Shown in pieces: positions 58,236 through 64,000 of a stretch of 64,000 nucleotides of DNA. Each line of letters opens with the position of its first letter. Positions within the stretch are counted from its first letter, which is position 1. This stretch comes from Candidatus Krumholzibacteriales bacterium (GTDB lineage: Bacteria > Krumholzibacteriota > Krumholzibacteriia > Krumholzibacteriales > WJIX01), in NCBI GenBank assembly GCA_046483305.1, contig JAWODM010000041.1, positions 16,486 to 80,485 of the forward strand, given 5' to 3'. The position numbers and the translations under genes were made by a program. The notes under the pieces are model-generated. The model saw only the letters and a list, made by a program, of their open reading frames with translations. It searched no databases and was not told where the DNA came from.

Positions 58236-59177
58236 ATGAGCGGTAAGAATAAGGTGGTGATAGTTTCTGACATTCATATGGCGGATCCTGATTTCCCGGC
58301 TTCTCAGAAATCCCGTTTTATCGGATTCCTGAACGAGTTTGTAAAAGAAGAAGCCGCAGAGCTGATACTGCTCGGGGATATTTTCGAACTTTCTCAGAGA
58401 AGGATGGCCATCGTTTACGAAGAATGCCTGGATGTCCTGATGAAACTGCTGGAAGTGGCCAACTGCGGCACAGAGATAACCTACCTGCTGGGAAATCACG
58501 ACTTTACCATCTCCGACGTTCGGGGGTTCAATTTAATACCGCATCCCAACATAACGGTCAGGCTGGCCAGGGACAGATATCTGCCGGTCAGAAAATATGT
58601 GGGAAAAGGGGGAGAAGATACCAGGAAGGCCGGGGCCGAGAAAATCCCCACCTCAGCCTGTTTCAGGACCCTTCAGGGAAAGAGAGTATTCCTGGCTCAC
58701 GGCCATGAATTCAATCACTACTTCAGGGGCAACCCGCAGAGGTTTGATTCGGTAATAAGGGCCGCCGGGATACTCGAAGAGATCTCCCCCACCCTTGACG
58801 ACAGGCTCCTCGGTTCAGTGGATCGGTTGAGAAGCGGCATTTACAATCTCCTGTACAGTTCCAACACACCAGGGAGAGTCGGCATGGCGCCTGATGAACT
58901 GGAATTTCTTCTTGCCGCAAGAGACATCTGCAAATTCAGCGTTACAGAAGAGGGAGAATTGAAGGAAAGGGAAGAAAGCGACAGGATAGATTATGTTTTC
59001 TTCGGGCATACCCATGTTCAGCAGGGGCCGGTAGAGCTCAGGGATGAAATCCTCGGCAACAGCGGAAAAGTATGGGGAACTTATTACAATACCGGAACGT
59101 GGGTAATCATGAAGAAAAGAGCTGATTACACAGTAATCGAGCCTGACGGCAGTGTAAACTCGCTCCAGTGGGAATAG
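58236..59177 (+). CDS. Metallophosphoesterase (LpxH-like superfamily)
   Basis: SDIH, LGDIF, GNHD, HGH, GHTH, NTGTW. Confidence 0.85.
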   Translation: MSGKNKVVIVSDIHMADPDFPASQKSRFIGFLNEFVKEEAAELILLGDIFELSQRRMAIVYEECLDVLMKLLEVANCGTEITYLLGNHDFTISDVRGFNLIPHPNITVRLARDRYLPVRKYVGKGGEDTRKAGAEKIPTSACFRTLQGKRVFLAHGHEFNHYFRGNPQRFDSVIRAAGILEEISPTLDDRLLGSVDRLRSGIYNLLYSSNTPGRVGMAPDELEFLLAARDICKFSVTEEGELKEREESDRIDYVFFGHTHVQQGPVELRDEILGNSGKVWGTYYNTGTWVIMKKRADYTVIEPDGSVNSLQWE

Positions 59178-59442
59178 CTTAGAGCCGGTATAAAGATATT
59201 GCCCCATGCAGCCATCCGGGAAGCTCTCCCCCAGAAACTACTTCGCGCAGCACATCCCGGTGCCCGGTCACTGAGAAAAATACCACCATAAAACAAATTA
59301 TTTTCCAACTATTGTTAAATCAATTTCTTCATACCAGAAATTATGCGGTAATAAAAAAATCTGCAATCATATGATTTTTTATAGATTTTTGCTTGAAATA
59401 GTATATCCTTCTGATATAAAAACTACTGAGGAGGTGATTCTA

Positions 59443-59649
59443 ATGAATAAACTGAACGTTCTGGACTGGATTGCGCTGATCCTTATAATTATCGGCGGAT
59501 TGAACTGGGGCCTGGTAGGCATCTTCGGTTTTGATCTGGTCGCCGCTATCTTCGGTGACATGTCGCTAATTTCAAAGATCATATACATCCTGGTGGGACT
59601 CTCGGCGATATACACGATTTTCATTCTGGGCAAGCTTCAGAAGAAATAA
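59443..59649 (+). CDS. DUF378 small membrane protein
   Basis: LIIIGGLNWGLVGIFGFDLVAAIFG...IYILVGLSA; GGAGGT SD. Confidence 0.92.
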   Translation: MNKLNVLDWIALILIIIGGLNWGLVGIFGFDLVAAIFGDMSLISKIIYILVGLSAIYTIFILGKLQKK

Positions 59650-59802
59650 GCTTTCTGAAGTATTGAACAGTTAAAACCTTGATCCGCAATCGCGTCGCGG
59701 GCCGGCTATTCTGCGGGTTAACGCAGTCCGGTAACACAATTAATAGGCGAGGATCAGGGGTGATTTGATAATACTGTCAGTTTTCTGATTACTGTCCGGT
59801 TA

Positions 59803-59819
59803 TTGGCGCATTCATTGCC
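59803..59819 (+). promoter_or_regulatory. sigma54 promoter candidate with no adjacent CDS
   Basis: TTGGCGCATTCATTGCC = TGGCGC-N5-TTGC. Confidence 0.4.
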
Positions 59820-60050
59820 TGCGGATAACCGGGCAGTTTTCATATTCATTCTGCGGGAGGGTAAATCTATCCGGGTGATAGATGCCTGCTTGTATGGCCT
59901 GTTGGCCATGTACAATCCCGGCCCTGCCTGATTAAGGGATATTCATGGATATTTCAAACAGAAATAATATTTATATGGAACCGGTGAGATATCATTATTC
60001 TGTATAAACAGTATAACCTAATCAGGAGAATTATTATGTAAGAGATGGAT

Positions 60051-60278
60051 TCAGGAAATTACGGCAGCCGGGAAGTTACCCATACAATCAGGACCCTGGA
60101 ACTCATGGCCATGAATATTTTCAGATACCAGATGATTGGACACCTCCCCTTCCACCACTATATCGGGCCCCCGCAGTTCAAAGGTCTCTGTGTTGTCGTA
60201 AAAATCGTTGTTTTCCTGCGCGGAAATGACAGCCATGCACACCATTATAACCAATGCCGCGATAAAACATTCTCTCAT
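60051..60278 (-). CDS. Short signal-peptide ORF, possibly a truncated gene
   Basis: AAAGGA SD, hydrophobic leader ending ISA-Q, only about 55 mature residues. Confidence 0.35.
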   Translation of the reverse strand: MRECFIAALVIMVCMAVISAQENNDFYDNTETFELRGPDIVVEGEVSNHLVSENIHGHEFQGPDCMGNFPAAVIS

Positions 60279-60607
60279 CCGGTAATCCTTTCTCTCGATT
60301 TAGCCTTCGGCTGAACCTGGATAAAATCATAGACTACTACATCCCTTACAGGGACCGGTACAGGATATAATACCCGGTGATTTTCCGGCAGGTCAATCCG
60401 TTTGATGAATAAGCACAGCCCCAGGATTTTATTGGATTTATATATGGCACTCATATATAATCACAGAAAGTGTGATCCGTTTGCTGGAGCTGTTCAAGGC
60501 CCTCCCGGGGCAGCTGGATGCCGCGTGTCTCAGCGCCGGTTTTCAGGGGAAGCCTGCGGGGCGGCAGAGCAGCGGAACGATTATTGTTTCAGAGGAAGAG
60601 GTAAGAT

Positions 60608-61084
60608 ATGAGTGTCCTTAACCCATCCGACATTGTTGATATTGGGATCGAAAAGGAAAAGAAGAGAAGGGATTTCTACGCTCTTGCCGCAGAGCATTTT
60701 GAGGAAAACTCAGACCTGGCCGGACTGTTCATAAGGCTGAGAGACTGGGAAGAAGATCATATCAGGAAGTTCAAGGAGATCCGGAGCGAAGTCTCCGGAG
60801 GAGGTTACGCAGAGGATTACCCCGGCGAGCTGGAAGCGTATATGAACGCCCTGGTTCAGAGCGACCTCTACGACGATATCAATCCGGATGACTTAGCCAA
60901 ATCAATAAAAACTCCGGTGGAAGCCCTGGAAAGAGGGATGACTTTCGAAAAAGACGCCATACTGTTCTTCTCCGGCCTGTCTAAATTCCTGGATGAAAAG
61001 AGCCAGGAAATAGTAGAGAAACTTATCCAGGAGGAACGGGAGCACCTGGTTTATCTCTTTGACATGAAGCGGAAAATCGCCTGA
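60608..61084 (+). CDS. Ferritin-like / rubrerythrin-family protein
   Basis: E...FY...LF..L...EEDH and EKD...F...EEREH diiron motifs. Confidence 0.88.
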   Translation: MSVLNPSDIVDIGIEKEKKRRDFYALAAEHFEENSDLAGLFIRLRDWEEDHIRKFKEIRSEVSGGGYAEDYPGELEAYMNALVQSDLYDDINPDDLAKSIKTPVEALERGMTFEKDAILFFSGLSKFLDEKSQEIVEKLIQEEREHLVYLFDMKRKIA

Positions 61085-61085
61085 T

Positions 61086-62399
61086 ATGGATGACTCCCCC
61101 TTACTGGAAAAGCGCAACCGGGAACTTGCGATACTCAATTCTATCGCCAGGGAGCTGAACTCCACCATTAATCTGGATGAGACCCTGGAGAAGGCTCTGA
61201 GCGAAACCCTCGAGCTGCTGGATCTTCGAACCGGATGGATATACCTGATTGATGAAGAAACCTCTGAGCCGGAACTTGCGTGCTTCAGGAACCTGCCTCC
61301 CGGCCTGAAGGATAACCCCGAGGTGATGACAGGATGGTGCCACTGCCTGAACAGATTCGCGGGTGACGACCTCCTCTCCGCTGTCAATGTTGATATGCTG
61401 ACCTGCAGCCGCCTCCGAAAAATAAAGGAGGGGAAAAACGGCCTGAAGTATCACTCCAGCATACCTCTCTACACCAGGGCGGGCAAGAAGCTCGGAATCC
61501 TCAATATAGCCTCCGGATCCTGGCACAAACTGGACGATGACGAGCTGAGGATACTCACCACCATGGCTGATTTCATAAGCATCGCGGTGGAGAGGGCAAG
61601 GCTGTTCGAAGAACTGCAGAGAAGAAAGCAGCGCGAGATAGATACCATGAAGCATGAACTTCAGATAGCCCATGACATGCAGATGGCGCTTCTCCCGGAC
61701 CGGCCGCCGGAGATCGAAGGTGTTGAACTGGCGGGAGTCTGCGAGCCCTCCAGGGAGGTGGGAGGAGACTATTATAACTATATCCGGTTTGATGATAAAA
61801 GGGTGGCGATAGTGATATCCGACGTTTCGGGAAAAGGTATGCAGGCGGCCACTATAGCGATGAGATTCAATGAGATGCTCCGGTACGAATCGAGAGGGGA
61901 GGACGACCCGGTTCAGATCCTGAAACGGCTGGACAGATCCCTGCTGGGGCGGATACCCGAGAAAATGTTTATCACGGCCGGAATTGCCGTGGTCGATACG
62001 GAAAAGAAATCGCTCAGGGTAGCAAGCGCCGCCAACCCGGAGATTTACCATTACTCCGCGGAAGAGAAAGAAGTTCAGCCTCTTGGAATAACCGGATTCC
62101 CCCTCGGCATAATGGAAGAAACGGAAGAAGAGGAACCTTTCAAGAGCGGGGAGATATCACTCAGGCCGAATGATGCGGTGGTGCTGACCAGCGACGGAGT
62201 CGAGGAAGCGCGAGACCCGGAGGGAGATTTCTACGGCAGCGAAAGGCTCGTCGATGTAATCCTCAACAGCTGCGGAGAAGGAAAAAGCGCGGAAGGTATA
62301 AGGGACGATATCATGAAAGATGTCAGAAACTTCATGAGGGATTCCTCCCAGAGCGACGATATAACCATCATCGTGCTGAAAGCGGACCGCGGCCTCTGA
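61086..62399 (+). CDS. GAF + PP2C (SpoIIE/RsbU-type) phosphatase
   Basis: GAF (HSSIPL..LGILNI), VGGDYY, DVSGKG, SDGV.E, DDIT. Confidence 0.92.
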   Translation: MDDSPLLEKRNRELAILNSIARELNSTINLDETLEKALSETLELLDLRTGWIYLIDEETSEPELACFRNLPPGLKDNPEVMTGWCHCLNRFAGDDLLSAVNVDMLTCSRLRKIKEGKNGLKYHSSIPLYTRAGKKLGILNIASGSWHKLDDDELRILTTMADFISIAVERARLFEELQRRKQREIDTMKHELQIAHDMQMALLPDRPPEIEGVELAGVCEPSREVGGDYYNYIRFDDKRVAIVISDVSGKGMQAATIAMRFNEMLRYESRGEDDPVQILKRLDRSLLGRIPEKMFITAGIAVVDTEKKSLRVASAANPEIYHYSAEEKEVQPLGITGFPLGIMEETEEEEPFKSGEISLRPNDAVVLTSDGVEEARDPEGDFYGSERLVDVILNSCGEGKSAEGIRDDIMKDVRNFMRDSSQSDDITIIVLKADRGL

Positions 62400-62435
62400 A
62401 CCCTGCAATTATGAGTCTGAATGAGGGAACGGCCG

Positions 62436-64000
62436 GTGGTGTCAAGGCGTATTAAAATAACGGTTTTAATAATACTTTCCGGCACCGCAGGCCTTGCAGC
62501 GCTGATACTTCTGGCGTTTGCCCTTGCTCTCAGAGGCAGCCTGCCCCGCCTGGCCGGCGAGCGCAGGGTTGAAGGGCTGATCAGCGAGGTAACCGTTACC
62601 AGGGATTCCCTGGGAGTTGTGGATATACAGGCGGAGAACCGGCTGGATGCCGCCTTTGCTCTTGGTTACCTTCACGCCCAGGACCGGTTTTTCCAGATGG
62701 ACCTTCAGAGACGCAACGCCGCCGGCGAGCTTGCCGAACTCCTCGGTCCCGCCCTCCTCAGCACGGACCGGGCCTATCGAATACACCGCTTCAGGAAAAT
62801 TTCGCAGAAGCTTATAGAGGGCCTTTCCAGGGAAAGGCGCAAGCTTCTGGATGCCTATACAGCAGGGGTCAATTCCGGGATGGATGACCTGAAGGTCCGG
62901 CCCTTCGAATACCTTATCCTCCGCAGGAAACCGGAGCCGTGGCTGGCTGAAGATACCATTCTCACGATTTACACCATGTTCCTTGACCTTTCGCTTTTCA
63001 CCTACAGATTCGAGTACTCCTGTTCTCTGGCAGACGAACTCCTGCCAGCCCCTCTCGCAGATTACCTGCTGACACGGGCGGCCAGGTGGGACGCCCCGCT
63101 GCGGGATGGGCCGCCCTATCCTTCCCCTGTTCCGGATTCGACCATGGTGGACCTCCGCAAATGGGAGACCGCTGAATGTTCAACGGGAAAAAGCATATTT
63201 ACAAAATCCTCTGGTACCCCGGGAAGCAATAACTGGGCGGTAGCGGGAAAACTGACATCCCATGGAGGAGCTCTCCTGGCCAATGACATGCATCTGTCCC
63301 ATGGAATCCCCAATATCTGGTACCGGGCCCGGATCAGCTGGAACGATGATGATTCCGGCAGATCCCTTACCGGTGTAACCCTGCCGGGAATCCCCACCCT
63401 GATCACAGGCAGCAACGGAGATATCGCCTGGGGATTTACCAACAGCTATGTGGATGCCGCCGACCTGGTGCGGCTGGAGGTTAATCGATCCGACAGCACT
63501 CTCTACCGCACACCGGACGGGTGGGAGAAGTTCCGGACAATCAGAGAAGTTATTGAGGCCGGCGGCGGGGAGGCTGACACCCTGCTGATCAGGCAGACCA
63601 GGTGGGGGCCGGTGCGGCTGGAAGATGCTGCTGGTAATCCGATGGCACTCCGGTGGACCGCTCACGACACCGCCGCCGTCAATATGAACCTGCTGGAGCT
63701 GGAAACAGCCCGCAACGTGGACGAGGCGGTGGCTGCCGCCTCCAGGGCCGGCATCCCTCCCCAGAATTTCGTATGCGCCGACAGGGCGGGGGATATCGCA
63801 TGGACCATTGCCGGACGGATTCCCAACCGGTTCGGGTGGGACGGAAGACTTCCCGTTTCCTGGGCCGACGGATCCTGCGGCTGGAACGGTTACCTGAGCC
63901 CAGAACAGCAGCCCGCGATAGTCCGTCCGCCCGGCGGGCTGCTCTGGACGGCCAATAACCGGGTTGCCGGCGGAGAATTCCTGAAGAAAATGGGGGACGG
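62436..64000 (+). CDS. Penicillin acylase family (S45) Ntn-hydrolase, runs off the right edge (absent from ORF track)
   Basis: Manual translation: TM anchor, RDSLGV, GYLHAQDRFFQMDL.RR, GSNNW, LANDMHL, IAWGFTN, PQNF; start at 62421, 62436 or 62439. Confidence 0.92.
   Translation, partial: MVSRRIKITVLIILSGTAGLAALILLAFALALRGSLPRLAGERRVEGLISEVTVTRDSLGVVDIQAENRLDAAFALGYLHAQDRFFQMDLQRRNAAGELAELLGPALLSTDRAYRIHRFRKISQKLIEGLSRERRKLLDAYTAGVNSGMDDLKVRPFEYLILRRKPEPWLAEDTILTIYTMFLDLSLFTYRFEYSCSLADELLPAPLADYLLTRAARWDAPLRDGPPYPSPVPDSTMVDLRKWETAECSTGKSIFTKSSGTPGSNNWAVAGKLTSHGGALLANDMHLSHGIPNIWYRARISWNDDDSGRSLTGVTLPGIPTLITGSNGDIAWGFTNSYVDAADLVRLEVNRSDSTLYRTPDGWEKFRTIREVIEAGGGEADTLLIRQTRWGPVRLEDAAGNPMALRWTAHDTAAVNMNLLELETARNVDEAVAAASRAGIPPQNFVCADRAGDIAWTIAGRIPNRFGWDGRLPVSWADGSCGWNGYLSPEQQPAIVRPPGGLLWTANNRVAGGEFLKKMGD

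Noticed and set aside
1..64000. CRISPR arrays, IS elements, or integrated elements at the two tRNAs
   Set aside because: No repeat-spacer arrays, transposases, integrases or duplicated tRNA 3' ends were seen by eye.

Overview
Chromosomal backbone of a probably anaerobic, diderm, selenocysteine-using bacterium (lineage cannot be determined from the sequence). The window holds about 52 protein genes and 2 tRNA genes; no transposase, integrase, prophage or CRISPR array was seen. In order: rsmI, ltaE, an HU/IHF-family gene, a queD-queC-DUF366-queE operon, two TPR proteins, a sigma54-promoter-led FHA/phosphoesterase/Ser-Thr kinase operon, and a PTS-IIA / mini zinc-ribbon / giant sigma54 activator / Nif3 cluster. 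Then come a WbqC gene, AbgT, a TetR-TolC-RND efflux operon, a three-subunit Stn/HydABC-like putative electron-bifurcating transhydrogenase flanked by unusual two-component regulators, DNA-repair and redox genes (nfo, trxB, nth, cutA, Sec-peroxiredoxin prxU with SECIS, rubrerythrin-like) and a partial penicillin acylase. The most striking observation is a tRNA-Gly(UCC) with C32-G38, pyrimidine 37 and A51-U63, the hallmarks of staphylococcal non-ribosomal cell-wall tRNA-Gly. It lies beside a WbqC-family putative glycyltransferase, suggesting a dedicated Gly-tRNA-dependent envelope glycylation system. Also notable are several candidate structured ncRNAs, two of them directly behind sigma54-type promoters. 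Family calls come from motif recognition by eye, not from database searches.
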